Shown: positions 8,943 to 18,554 of the stretch, piece after piece
Numbering within the stretch: the stretch's first letter is position 1
Layout: each line of letters begins with the position of its first letter
Virus record (IMG/VR): IMGVR_UViG_3300027798_000068
Coordinates: 1 to 47,102 of that record
Source of the DNA: a virus
Taxonomy: Duplodnaviria > Caudoviricetes
Strand: one strand, 5' to 3'
Length of the DNA stretch: 47,102 bases
Notes under the pieces: generated by a model
Seen by the model: only the letters and a program-made list of their open reading frames with translations
Databases searched by the model: none
Told to the model about the DNA's origin: nothing
Program-made: the position numbers and the translations under genes

Positions 8943-9521
8943 ATGAAATTAGAAAAAGATATTGGCATTTGGGAAGGGCTTATTGGGGCAGAAGACTGCC
9001 GGGCCCTGATTGATTATTTTCACAAAATCAAAGAATCTAAACTAAGCTACACACGATTGGACCTTAGGGAAGCACCTAGTCACAAAAAGAATGACGAGGC
9101 AGTATTCGTCTTAGATCCAGAAACTATGCGGGTCATGCCTAATGAAAAACTAGTAGTTCCGTTTATGCAAAAATTTTGGAACTGCTACCGACAGTACATG
9201 GAACACTACAGTGTGCTTCTTGAAACAGGAGATCACCAAGTTAGAGCAATGAAGGTTCAAAAAACCCTGCCTGGCCAAGGATACCACATGTGGCATTTTG
9301 AATCAGACAGCGCAGATCGCAGTGCTAGGATATGTTCTTGGGCTGTGTTTTTAAATGATGTTGAACAAGGTGGCGAAACAGAATTCTTGTATCAGAGCAC
9401 TAGAGTGCCTGCAACACAGGGCACACTAATGATTTGGCCAGCAGGTTTCCCTCATACACATCGCGGAAATCCTCCGCTAAGTGGAGAAAAATTTATCTTA
9501 ACAGGCTGGATTGAATTCTAA
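8943..9521 (+). CDS. 2OG-Fe(II) oxygenase, prolyl-4-hydroxylase-like
   Basis: YHMWHFE, FLNDVEQGGETEF and HTHRGNPP...KFILTGW. Confidence 0.9.
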   Translation: MKLEKDIGIWEGLIGAEDCRALIDYFHKIKESKLSYTRLDLREAPSHKKNDEAVFVLDPETMRVMPNEKLVVPFMQKFWNCYRQYMEHYSVLLETGDHQVRAMKVQKTLPGQGYHMWHFESDSADRSARICSWAVFLNDVEQGGETEFLYQSTRVPATQGTLMIWPAGFPHTHRGNPPLSGEKFILTGWIEF

Positions 9522-10126
9522 TGGAAGTTCTAAATTTGTTTCCTGTTGAATTTTTTGTTTTTAAAAACACTGCAATTGACAACACTAAACTCATTGCAGA
9601 GCTTGAAGCGTTGGATGGCATTGAAATTAAACAATCAACAACTATGAGTCTTCTTGTTGATCTAAGAAAAAATGAAAAATTTAAAGAACTGTTCTCTTGG
9701 TTTGATCAGTGTCTTGAAGAAATTAGACAGACTATGAAATACGATTGCGATCGATTTGAAATTACCAACAGTTGGGTAAATGTAGCCTTGCCTAAATATA
9801 ACATGCATCAAAATTATCACAAGCACTCTATGAGTTTTTACAGTGCTGTCTATTACTTTACAGAAGGCTCTGCCACTGAGTTTGAAGATGCAGTAGTTGA
9901 TCGATCAAGAGCGCAGTTAGAAGTATTACGGCACGACTATCAGCCGTGGGAAACAGTAGTACCAGAGCCAGGCAAACTAATTATTTTCCCTAGCTATGTT
10001 TATCATCGAAGCCATGCTCACATGGGCAATGAGTCTCGTTATATTTTAAGTTTTAATACGCTGCCGGCTGGCAAAGTAAATTATCAGTTAGCAACTGATT
10101 CAAAAGTACATATTAAGGTTGAGTAA
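9521..10126 (+). CDS. 2OG-Fe(II) oxygenase, TIGR02466-like
   Basis: ITNSWVN, HKHSMSFYSAVYY, GKLIIFPSYVYH and RYILSFN. Confidence 0.85.
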   Translation: MEVLNLFPVEFFVFKNTAIDNTKLIAELEALDGIEIKQSTTMSLLVDLRKNEKFKELFSWFDQCLEEIRQTMKYDCDRFEITNSWVNVALPKYNMHQNYHKHSMSFYSAVYYFTEGSATEFEDAVVDRSRAQLEVLRHDYQPWETVVPEPGKLIIFPSYVYHRSHAHMGNESRYILSFNTLPAGKVNYQLATDSKVHIKVE

Positions 10127-11625
10127 TGATTAAAAAACTTATAGTCTTAGGTGGCGGCAATGCAGGACTAATGTCGGCATTATATCTTAAAAAATCTATT
10201 CCAGATTTAGAAGTAGCACTGATAAAATCTAAAAAGATAGGCACTATTGGTGTTGGTGAAGGTTCGACTGAACATTGGACTATGTTTGCTACCGCAGTAG
10301 GTATTAACATCATAGACCTTATCAATCACTGCGGCGCCACTATTAAAATTGGTGTTAAATTTGAAGACTGGCACGGTGACGGTACTAGTTACTTTCATAG
10401 CTTACCAGCACATCTTGTGTCGTTAGATTCATATACTGGTGCCGCAACTACCATGATGCGCCTAATAGGTGACGGTGTTAGTACCGAAGGACTACACTGG
10501 CAGTTACCTATGGACGGCTATGTCCGTGAACCCCTTACTGACTATTTTCAATTCCATTTTGACAGTGAAAAATTAAACAGTTTCTTAGAAAAGAAATGTG
10601 TGTCGTTGGGCATAACAGTAACTGAAGCAGAAGTAGTTGGGCCTATACTAGACGATCAGGGATTTGTTTCTCAAGTTATTGATGATCAAGGACAGTCTTA
10701 TTCTGCAGACTTTTTTATAGACAGTAGCGGATTTAATCGAGTGATTGCTTCTAAGTTAGGAGCAGAATGGGTCAACTGGTCAAAGTATCTACCACTAAAC
10801 AGTGCTGTGGCATTCCAGACTGCATATGAAGAGAAGATTCCGCCATATACTTTAGCCAAATCAATGTCTAGTGGTTGGCACTGGCGCAGTCCAGTTCAAG
10901 ATCGTTTTGGTAACGGCTATGTGTTCAGTGATCAATTTATCAGTGAAGATCAAGCCATAGGCGAAATACAAAAACATTTTAAAGATACAATAAAAGTTGG
11001 ACGTAAGATTAATTTTGTGTCAGGCAAAGTTAATCAGGCATGGATTAAAAATTGTGTATCTATTGGTCTTAGCAGTAACTTTGTAGAACCTCTAGAAGCC
11101 AGTAGTATTTCAACTACTATACAGCAACTTCGATTGCTATCAGCTTCTATTTGGAACTGGGGTCGAGATGACACCAGTACTATTAAAAAGTATAACAGCG
11201 TAGTTGACGATATGATGTCAAATGTTTTAGACTTTATTCAATTGCATTATTTTACTCAGAGAACTGATACAGAGTTTTGGCGGTGGTGTAAAAATGAAAT
11301 TACTGTTACAGATTTTAATAAAGAAAACATAGAAGTGTTTAAAAAGAATTTCGTTAATCAAACAGTCTTGCCAGAAGATGGTACCATGTGTAACTTTAGA
11401 ATCTACGACTGCTTAAACTGGATTCAGGTCATGCACGGATTGCGTATGTTTGATCAATCTAGCATAAAGAAATTATACGAAACTCGATACGGCCAATACA
11501 GAACTGCAGATATAGAATACTTGTCTACCTTAGAGCACAAGCCGACAAATGGTTGGATACCTTGTCGACAAGCGGTTAACATGGTCAAACAATTATCAAC
11601 TACTAACATGGAATATAAATTATGA
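10126..11625 (+). CDS. Flavin-dependent tryptophan-halogenase-family enzyme 1
   Basis: GGGNAG FAD motif, GVGEGST, ATIKIG (catalytic Lys position), GWHWRSP, FVEPLEA and LHY. Confidence 0.9.
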   Translation: MIKKLIVLGGGNAGLMSALYLKKSIPDLEVALIKSKKIGTIGVGEGSTEHWTMFATAVGINIIDLINHCGATIKIGVKFEDWHGDGTSYFHSLPAHLVSLDSYTGAATTMMRLIGDGVSTEGLHWQLPMDGYVREPLTDYFQFHFDSEKLNSFLEKKCVSLGITVTEAEVVGPILDDQGFVSQVIDDQGQSYSADFFIDSSGFNRVIASKLGAEWVNWSKYLPLNSAVAFQTAYEEKIPPYTLAKSMSSGWHWRSPVQDRFGNGYVFSDQFISEDQAIGEIQKHFKDTIKVGRKINFVSGKVNQAWIKNCVSIGLSSNFVEPLEASSISTTIQQLRLLSASIWNWGRDDTSTIKKYNSVVDDMMSNVLDFIQLHYFTQRTDTEFWRWCKNEITVTDFNKENIEVFKKNFVNQTVLPEDGTMCNFRIYDCLNWIQVMHGLRMFDQSSIKKLYETRYGQYRTADIEYLSTLEHKPTNGWIPCRQAVNMVKQLSTTNMEYKL

Positions 11626-13118
11626 TTAACTCGCTATGCATAGTTGGCGGCGGCACTAGCGGCCTAATCACAGCTTTGATGATGAAAAAAGGTTGGCCGA
11701 ACTTAAAAATTACAATGATTGAATCTAGCCAGATTGGTATCATTGGGGTAGGTGAAGGGTCTACTGAACACTGGAAAAAATTTATCAATCACATAGGTGT
11801 AGGAGTTCCCGAATTAGTTAGAGAAACCGGTGCTACATTTAAAGTTGGTATTAAATTTACCAACTGGCACGGTGACGGAACTCACTATTTTCACAGCCTA
11901 AGTGAACAGTATGGTGGAATGGCAACTGAAAACGGCTTACCATTTACTTGGATTAGAGCAGTTGGGGAAAACTGGGATCCGTTAGATACTGTGTGGAAAC
12001 TAAGCCGAGACAGCAGGCATGTTGAACCATTACATGAAATTTTAAGCCAATATCATTTTGATACACATAAATTAAATGATTTCCTACATAGGCTGTGTAG
12101 AGAACGTGGGGTGGAAATCATTGATACTGAAATTAGTGATGTTACTCTAGATCAACAAGGCAATGTTGACAAATTAATTGATGCACAAGGTACAGAACAT
12201 GCTTACGAGTTTTATGTAGACTGTAGCGGGTTTAAAAGAATTATTGGATCTAAACTAAATGCAAAATGGATTGATCGTACTAATCAGTTGCCAATGAATA
12301 GTGCTATTGCATTTCAAACAGGCTACACTGAAGACATTCCTAGTTACACTGAAGCAACTGCACTAAGCAGTGGCTGGTGTTGGAGGATTCCGACGCAGGA
12401 GCGATATGGTAACGGATATGTATTTTGTGATCAATTTATTGATGAAACTAAGGCCTACGACGAAGTTAGCGAGAACTACAAAAAATTAGATATTACTGAC
12501 AATATTCAAGTAGGTAAAAAGATTAAATTTGGTGCAGGGCATGTTGAAGAATTCTGGATGAAGAATTGTGTTATGATAGGCCTTAGTGGAATATTTGTTG
12601 AGCCTCTAGAAGCTAGTAGCATAGGAACAACAATTCAACAGTGTTTCTTATTACTGCCGGCAATAGCATTTTGGGAGAAAGGTGACACTAAAACTGCCAA
12701 GGGCTATAATAGACATATGTCTACAATTAGTAATAATATAGTAGACTTTATACAACTACATTATTTTAGCCAGCGACAAGATTCAGAATTTTGGAAGTGG
12801 TGCCAACATAGTCTAGAGTGGACTGACTTTAACAAAGAAAATATAGAATATTTTAAAAAACACTTTGTAAATCCTCATTATTTTAATGCCCCATTGATCA
12901 TGTTTAGTTACTTAAATTACAGTCAAGTTATGCACGGTCTTAGAATGTTTGATCCTAGTCGTATGAACATGCTGTATAACAATCACTTTTTAAATTATAA
13001 GTCAAGCATAGACAGGGTGCTGTTAATTAACGACCACGATAACATTGAATCGTTCAGTCATAGAGAATCACTTAACAGATTAAAAGAAAGATATGACACA
13101 ATTGAAATTAAAATTTGA
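11622..13118 (+). CDS. Flavin-dependent tryptophan-halogenase-family enzyme 2
   Basis: GGGTSG, GVGEGST, ATFKVGIKF, canonical WCWRIP and FVEPLEA. Confidence 0.92.
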   Translation: MINSLCIVGGGTSGLITALMMKKGWPNLKITMIESSQIGIIGVGEGSTEHWKKFINHIGVGVPELVRETGATFKVGIKFTNWHGDGTHYFHSLSEQYGGMATENGLPFTWIRAVGENWDPLDTVWKLSRDSRHVEPLHEILSQYHFDTHKLNDFLHRLCRERGVEIIDTEISDVTLDQQGNVDKLIDAQGTEHAYEFYVDCSGFKRIIGSKLNAKWIDRTNQLPMNSAIAFQTGYTEDIPSYTEATALSSGWCWRIPTQERYGNGYVFCDQFIDETKAYDEVSENYKKLDITDNIQVGKKIKFGAGHVEEFWMKNCVMIGLSGIFVEPLEASSIGTTIQQCFLLLPAIAFWEKGDTKTAKGYNRHMSTISNNIVDFIQLHYFSQRQDSEFWKWCQHSLEWTDFNKENIEYFKKHFVNPHYFNAPLIMFSYLNYSQVMHGLRMFDPSRMNMLYNNHFLNYKSSIDRVLLINDHDNIESFSHRESLNRLKERYDTIEIKI

Positions 13119-14649
13119 TGCTGTAGTATTAGGCGGCGGCAGTGCCGGGTGGCTCACTGCATTATTTTTACAACGCAGTTGGCCTTCTTTAAAAATAGCA
13201 GTAGTTGAAGATCCTAAACGACCGCCAATTATTGCCGGAGAAAGCGGTACTACTACTTTTGTCAGTCTTATGCGATATCTTAAAATAGATATTGATGACT
13301 TTATAAAAGAAGTAAATGCTACTCCTAAGTTAGGCGGTAAATTTACAGATTGGAACGGTGTAGGGACAGAATTTATTCATTGCCTCCAAACAGATCACGC
13401 ACCGTGGCTGGACGGCTGGACTGATTTTGCTGATTCAGAATTAAGTAAACAAGATCTTAAATTAGGATCGCTAGTTAATATAATGACTGCGGAACGTCAT
13501 AAAGACATATATCTAAGAACACTAATTGCTAACGAAATTCCATTAGCTGATGCGTTTTTAGCATCAATGTTTATTAAAGAAAATAAAGTTCCGTTTGGTT
13601 CAACTAGCGATATTCCGTGTATTCCGATGTGGCATTTTGAAAGTAGATCTGCGGCAGCATACTTTAAGAAGTTAGCATTATCAAGAGATATAACACATAT
13701 TGAAGGTGAATACTTGTCAAGTGTGCAACAAAATGACGGTAATATTGAACACATTAAAATAAATTCAGATCGTGAAATGTATGCTAATTGGTTTTTTGAT
13801 TGCTCTGGATTTGCTCGATTGTTACTAGGTAAAGTCCTAAACGAAGAGTTTATTGATTATACAAACTACTTTCCAGCTAGAGCAGTAGTAGCATGGTGGG
13901 ATGACCCGTGTTATTGTCCAACTACAAATGCAACTGCAATGCAATACGGATGGTCGTGGAATATTAATTTGCGTCATCGATCTGGAAATGGTTACATCTA
14001 CGATCCAGATCATATAAATTTAGATCAAGCCATTGGCGAAGCAGAAAAAAGATTTAATAAAAAAATAGAACCTATTGCTAATTTTCAGTTTACTCCGGGA
14101 ATTATGAAACGTGCATGGTCAAAGAATGTTATAGGTGTCGGGCTTAGTACTGGATTTTTAGAACCGCTAGAAGCAAATGGAGTTGCAGTGATTATTGAAA
14201 CACTGTATGCGTTACAAGATCATTGGAAGCCAACTTCAGAAAACAACATTAGATCAATAGAACACTTTAACAGTAGAGTGTTTGCAATAACTGAAGATAT
14301 TCGAGACTTTTTAGCATTGCACTACAGAGGTCAGCGTCGAGATACTGAATTTTGGCGTAGTCATGCATTTGACAAGCACAGAACTCCTGAAACGTTATCT
14401 AAAATCTTAGATAGTTGGAGTAATTTCTTCAATAACAACGGTCCGGAACCGTTTGTACACGGATACAGTCCAACCGCATGGTTAATGGTTTTACAGGCAT
14501 TAAAGGTATTTCCTACCAATTACCTATCAAACGTACATGCAAGAAACTTATCTACAGGAAAAGCTGTGCTAGATATTAATCAAAATAAATATAAAACTAT
14601 TGTTAATCCATACTGGACAATAGAGCAGTGGATTGAAAAGACTGCATAA
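13093..14649 (+). CDS. Flavin-dependent tryptophan-halogenase-family enzyme 3 (divergent)
   Basis: GGGSAG, AGESGT, ATPKLG, GWSWNINL, FLEPLEANG and LHY. Confidence 0.9.
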   Translation: MTQLKLKFDAVVLGGGSAGWLTALFLQRSWPSLKIAVVEDPKRPPIIAGESGTTTFVSLMRYLKIDIDDFIKEVNATPKLGGKFTDWNGVGTEFIHCLQTDHAPWLDGWTDFADSELSKQDLKLGSLVNIMTAERHKDIYLRTLIANEIPLADAFLASMFIKENKVPFGSTSDIPCIPMWHFESRSAAAYFKKLALSRDITHIEGEYLSSVQQNDGNIEHIKINSDREMYANWFFDCSGFARLLLGKVLNEEFIDYTNYFPARAVVAWWDDPCYCPTTNATAMQYGWSWNINLRHRSGNGYIYDPDHINLDQAIGEAEKRFNKKIEPIANFQFTPGIMKRAWSKNVIGVGLSTGFLEPLEANGVAVIIETLYALQDHWKPTSENNIRSIEHFNSRVFAITEDIRDFLALHYRGQRRDTEFWRSHAFDKHRTPETLSKILDSWSNFFNNNGPEPFVHGYSPTAWLMVLQALKVFPTNYLSNVHARNLSTGKAVLDINQNKYKTIVNPYWTIEQWIEKTA

Positions 14650-14652
14650 ATA
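14646..14652 (+). promoter_or_regulatory. Late promoter ATAAATA
   Basis: Overlaps the halogenase stop codon and is followed by a GAGGAG RBS and the ATG at 14673. Confidence 0.65.
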
Positions 14653-14672
14653 CACTGATAGAGGAGATTTAC

Positions 14673-14843
14673 ATGGCTACATACAAAATGATCCTAAGAG
14701 ACGCGGAGAATCCAAATACATCGGATCTACACGTTTTTGAAGTTCTTATCACCGCAGATAATAGGCAACAGGCTCAAGCACTCTGTGAACAGCAACACGG
14801 ATATAAAAATATCGTTGCAGGCCCAATTAAAATTGAAGATTAA
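14673..14843 (+). CDS. Small hypothetical protein, 56 aa (absent from the ORF track)
   Basis: MATYKMILRDAENPNTSDLHVFEVLITADNRQQAQALCEQQHGYKNIVAGPIKIED*. It has a strong GAGGAG RBS, fills the intergenic gap, and its stop overlaps the stop of the convergent gene. Confidence 0.8.
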   Translation: MATYKMILRDAENPNTSDLHVFEVLITADNRQQAQALCEQQHGYKNIVAGPIKIED

Positions 14844-15454
14844 TTATTGCGTAGGATATAGTGCTCTAGCTCGCCTATTCTACGCAACTCAGGACTAGCA
14901 TATTCAAAGGGCAGTCCTAGGCAAGGCCTAGTATCCCATTTTAAACACGCATCAGCTCCATTAATATCGACATACTGCAAAAAGCATTGAACTTGGCGAG
15001 ATCCTTTAAATGGCTCTCGCCAATGTTCATTTTTACGTCCGCTATAAATTACTAAATCGCCGACATCTAACAGAATTTCTAATACTGTGTCGTCGTCTTG
15101 CTTGATAAACAGCGGCCAATCAACTGCATCTTTTTCAACACAAACACTAATAGTTACTTCACTACTCTGTCGGTCTTTATGTACCGACAGATCTGACCCT
15201 GTATAATAGATTCTAGCATACGAATATGTAGGTGCTAGTTTTTTTGATGTTGCTTTCTCAATCAAAGGTAACAGTTTAACACTTAATGCTTCAAACATTA
15301 AAGGACTATATCTAGCAAAACTGTTAGAACATAAGTCTGCAAAATTTTGACTAGGATATAACGCCTTGCAAGTATCCTCCATCATAGAAAATTCTAAAGA
15401 AAGGAATTCGCACATCTCTAATGATACGGCATTTTTTACAATTATTGGCTTCAT
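14840..15454 (-). CDS. 2OG-Fe(II) oxygenase, P4H-like
   Basis: PTYSYARIY..G..L..HKDR and GDLVIYSG...EHWRE. Confidence 0.85.
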   Translation of the reverse strand: MKPIIVKNAVSLEMCEFLSLEFSMMEDTCKALYPSQNFADLCSNSFARYSPLMFEALSVKLLPLIEKATSKKLAPTYSYARIYYTGSDLSVHKDRQSSEVTISVCVEKDAVDWPLFIKQDDDTVLEILLDVGDLVIYSGRKNEHWREPFKGSRQVQCFLQYVDINGADACLKWDTRPCLGLPFEYASPELRRIGELEHYILRNN

Positions 15455-16062
15455 AGCAGTGGCATTAGACTCATATTAACAAACGGACGTTCTACATAAT
15501 CTCGTATCATTGGGTGCTCTGGTAGTACATGTACATCAAAACCGATAGTAGTTCTAAAACCTTCATAAGGCTCTAACACTTCTACTTTGTGTAGTCTGTT
15601 ACCAGGACCAAAGTATATTTGTCCTGGTTTATTATCAATAGCATATTTTTCAAAAACAGTCCTAGTGTTTTTTGGATCAATTGCAATATACCCGTGATAG
15701 TCAAAATCATGATGATGCCAGTCTAGCACTTCATGCGGTCTATGATAATTTACCCATGCTTCAAACCATAACGGTCGAGTGTCACCTAGATCGTTTCGTA
15801 TTACACTTCTTAGTTCTTTATAGATCTGATAAAACGTGCTCGACGGGGCAGTTAATGCAAATATGTTGTATTTGGTATAGGCCCATGTTGACGATTCTTC
15901 TGGAAATAATTTCTTAAAATTATTATGAGCAACTCTTAGATCTTCTTGAATGTTATCAAGGTTGTTGGCTATAAAGTCAGACTGATGAACAGAATACTTG
16001 TCTGAAGTTGTATCAAACACATGGGTACTGGGCATTTGATAGTTTAGTTTAATATCCGTCAT
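15451..16062 (-). CDS. Putative 2OG-Fe(II) oxygenase (DSBH fold)
   Basis: AWVNYH...LDWHHHD..YHGY, PGQIYF...LHKV and RTTIGFD. Confidence 0.7.
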   Translation of the reverse strand: MTDIKLNYQMPSTHVFDTTSDKYSVHQSDFIANNLDNIQEDLRVAHNNFKKLFPEESSTWAYTKYNIFALTAPSSTFYQIYKELRSVIRNDLGDTRPLWFEAWVNYHRPHEVLDWHHHDFDYHGYIAIDPKNTRTVFEKYAIDNKPGQIYFGPGNRLHKVEVLEPYEGFRTTIGFDVHVLPEHPMIRDYVERPFVNMSLMPLL

Positions 16063-16673
16063 AGTATCTTTTCTAGGTTAATATTTAACACACATCTAAA
16101 TTTAGAATTTTTAGCAATCGAAGAAGAGTGATAATATTTTCCAGGAAATATCAGTATCTTACCTTGTTTGGGAGTTACTCTCTTTTTTATTGTGAACTTA
16201 TCTGATTGTATCCGCATAATATCATCTTGGCCGCTACTGTAGTTTTCGTTAGTTTCATTAAAGATTACAGTATCTCCGTCACTGTCGTTTACATAATAAA
16301 TTGCGTTCATATGCGGGAAAAAACTATCAATATGAGGCATATGATAGTCTTCAATTGCAGATGAGTTAGGCAATGTTAGATTAGCTCGCATTCTTACCAG
16401 CCTGTTAAACTGCAATTTGGTTTGACTAGTAATAGATAGCACTAGGGGATAAAACAAGTTAAACCATTGGCTTGCGTACTTACCTTGTTCGTAAAAGTAG
16501 TGATTAAAACCTACGTGATTTTGCGGATTATCTGCGGCCCATTGGTCACCTGATACCATGTTGGTATTAAGTATCCAGGAAAATTCCTGGCTAGTCATTG
16601 TTTGTAATATATGTCGTTGGTAGTCTACCGGTATAACATCTTCAATTTCTATAATATCTAAATCAGTATTCAT
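16059..16673 (-). CDS. 2OG-Fe(II) oxygenase
   Basis: RMRANL, PHID, AIYYVNDSDGDT, FPGKYYHSS and RCVLNIN. The start at 16673 gives an ATGA overlap; 16679 is the alternative. Confidence 0.85.
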   Translation of the reverse strand: MNTDLDIIEIEDVIPVDYQRHILQTMTSQEFSWILNTNMVSGDQWAADNPQNHVGFNHYFYEQGKYASQWFNLFYPLVLSITSQTKLQFNRLVRMRANLTLPNSSAIEDYHMPHIDSFFPHMNAIYYVNDSDGDTVIFNETNENYSSGQDDIMRIQSDKFTIKKRVTPKQGKILIFPGKYYHSSSIAKNSKFRCVLNINLEKIL

Positions 16674-17281
16674 TGCCATGTGCCAAAAAAGTTAATTGTT
16701 AATCTTGTGTTTTCTTTGGAGCTGCCAAAGAATTTATCAGCACTGTGCCAATGGTTAGGATGAAACATTACGCATCTGTTAAATTCGTTTTCAACAGTCA
16801 TTGTCTTGTTAAAAAGGCTTTGCTGTCGTTGTTTTGCAGTTTCAAACTTTATTCGATCTGCCGGTTCTGAATTATATTCATCTATTGCTAAATGCATAAA
16901 TGATTCTGTATCAAAATTGACGTGGTTATAAAACCCAGTTCCGGTGCCTCTAGGGGCAATGGGGTTTAGGTAAATCATTCCTGCAATGTTGTAGTGTGGT
17001 TCGTCTTGATGTATCCAGCCTGTTCCAAATGTTTCATCTACTAGAGCAAATGTAATTTCTAAATGCGGAAATTCTTTAGCGCCATGACAGTGCTTAACTA
17101 ACTTTCTAGCTAGACTAGCAAACAAATCAGGATTAAGTTTGTTTAATGATTTAGCCCGTAGACCCGGATAAGGTGCAAATTCATCTCGATGGTATTCCTG
17201 TTTTAATGCATACTCTCTCCACAAGTCTGGAGACTCGAGAAATGTATCAATAACCTTAATTGGAGTGTAGGGGATCTTCAT
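16670..17281 (-). CDS. 2OG-Fe(II) oxygenase-like protein (DUF6445-like)
   Basis: ID.F..PD..REYAL, YPGLR, GWIHQD, AGMIYL, FNRCVMF....WHSA and RLT..FF. Confidence 0.75.
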   Translation of the reverse strand: MKIPYTPIKVIDTFLESPDLWREYALKQEYHRDEFAPYPGLRAKSLNKLNPDLFASLARKLVKHCHGAKEFPHLEITFALVDETFGTGWIHQDEPHYNIAGMIYLNPIAPRGTGTGFYNHVNFDTESFMHLAIDEYNSEPADRIKFETAKQRQQSLFNKTMTVENEFNRCVMFHPNHWHSADKFFGSSKENTRLTINFFGTWQ

Positions 17282-17982
17282 GACGCTTTAATAAAAAATA
17301 CCTGTGTTAATCTGCTGTCTTCTATAGCTTTTCCAAAAAATGCCTCTGCACTATGCCAACACCTTGGATCAAAAATTATACATCTATTATACACACTTTC
17401 AATGTTAACACTAGGAGTAAAATGACTTACTTGTTCTTCTCTGTACTTTGCATAATTATAACGCTCTTCAGTTGCCGCTGTCAACACATCTTCCATAAAA
17501 ATACTCGAGTATTTTTCTCCGTCAAAGTCATTTTGATCTTGGTATATAGTGGTTCCAGAACCTAGTATTGTACCTTTGTTTAAGTATATTACTCCTGCAA
17601 TGTTTAGTTTAGGGTCATCGTCGTGTACCCAGCCTCGTCCGTAGCTCTCGTCTATATACTGGAACGTGGTTTGTAATTCTTCAAACCGTGTAAATCCGTA
17701 TTGGTGTACTATGGTTAATAATTTTCGCATAGTTATTCGAAAAATATCTTGATTTAATTCATGTAAGAATTTTGTCCGCAATCCCGGCCAGCTGCCTCGA
17801 TCACCTTTAAAAAATTCTTGACTTAGTGCATATTCTCTCCACAGATCCGGATCTTCATAAAAGTTGTCAATGGTCATAGTAGGCAAGTAAGGGTTAAGAA
17901 ATCTGTTTTTAATCCCAGATTGCTTAATAAAGGCCTTGCTCTGTTTGCCCATCTGTAATAAATGATTTACATGATCTGTCAT
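17278..17982 (-). CDS. 2OG-Fe(II) oxygenase-like protein (DUF6445-like), paralog of 16670-17281
   Basis: IDNFYEDPDLWREYAL, WPGLR, GWVHDD, YNRCIIFD...WHSA and RLTQVFF. Confidence 0.75.
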   Translation of the reverse strand: MTDHVNHLLQMGKQSKAFIKQSGIKNRFLNPYLPTMTIDNFYEDPDLWREYALSQEFFKGDRGSWPGLRTKFLHELNQDIFRITMRKLLTIVHQYGFTRFEELQTTFQYIDESYGRGWVHDDDPKLNIAGVIYLNKGTILGSGTTIYQDQNDFDGEKYSSIFMEDVLTAATEERYNYAKYREEQVSHFTPSVNIESVYNRCIIFDPRCWHSAEAFFGKAIEDSRLTQVFFIKAS

Positions 17983-18554
17983 TTTTTATTCGCTGTAAAA
18001 TTTATGGTTAGTGCAATGCGTTTAGCAAACATCTTAGGACAGCTACTGGCATGATAGTGCCATCCGTTAAACATTAATAGTTTACCTTTCTCAGGTGTAC
18101 TTTTATGCATGGGTCGATATCTCTCAGCTTGTTCAATCTCGTGAAATATTACAGTATCCCCATCTGCTTGATTTACGTAATAAATTGCAGTCCAGTGCTC
18201 TTGTTCAAAATCTCTGTGCGGAGTATTATGCTTATACTGTAACTGAGGCAAGGCATATTTTGTATTCATTAAAAATCCTAGTCTCATTCTCAATAACGAT
18301 TGTAGTTCATAACCTGTTTTTTCTAATACGTTATCTAATAAGGGTTTAAAGAAATCATAATAAGGATTAGACTCGTTATTAGGATGATATATTAAATTAA
18401 CAAAACTAGGTGTTGATACATTTGGATCGTTTGATCGCTCAAAGGTAGTGTCTTCTAAAAAATGCCAAGGAAACTTAATGTCTGTTACTGTCTTATAAAT
18501 TTCGTCTTGATACGATGTGTCAATTACATTTAATAATTCTATGGGTTTAAACAT
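17979..18554 (-). CDS. 2OG-Fe(II) oxygenase, paralog of 16059-16673
   Basis: RMRL, PHRD, AIYYVNQADGDT and FNGWHYHASSCP. Start set at the ATG at 18554 (MFKPIEL). Confidence 0.85.
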   Translation of the reverse strand: MFKPIELLNVIDTSYQDEIYKTVTDIKFPWHFLEDTTFERSNDPNVSTPSFVNLIYHPNNESNPYYDFFKPLLDNVLEKTGYELQSLLRMRLGFLMNTKYALPQLQYKHNTPHRDFEQEHWTAIYYVNQADGDTVIFHEIEQAERYRPMHKSTPEKGKLLMFNGWHYHASSCPKMFAKRIALTINFTANKK

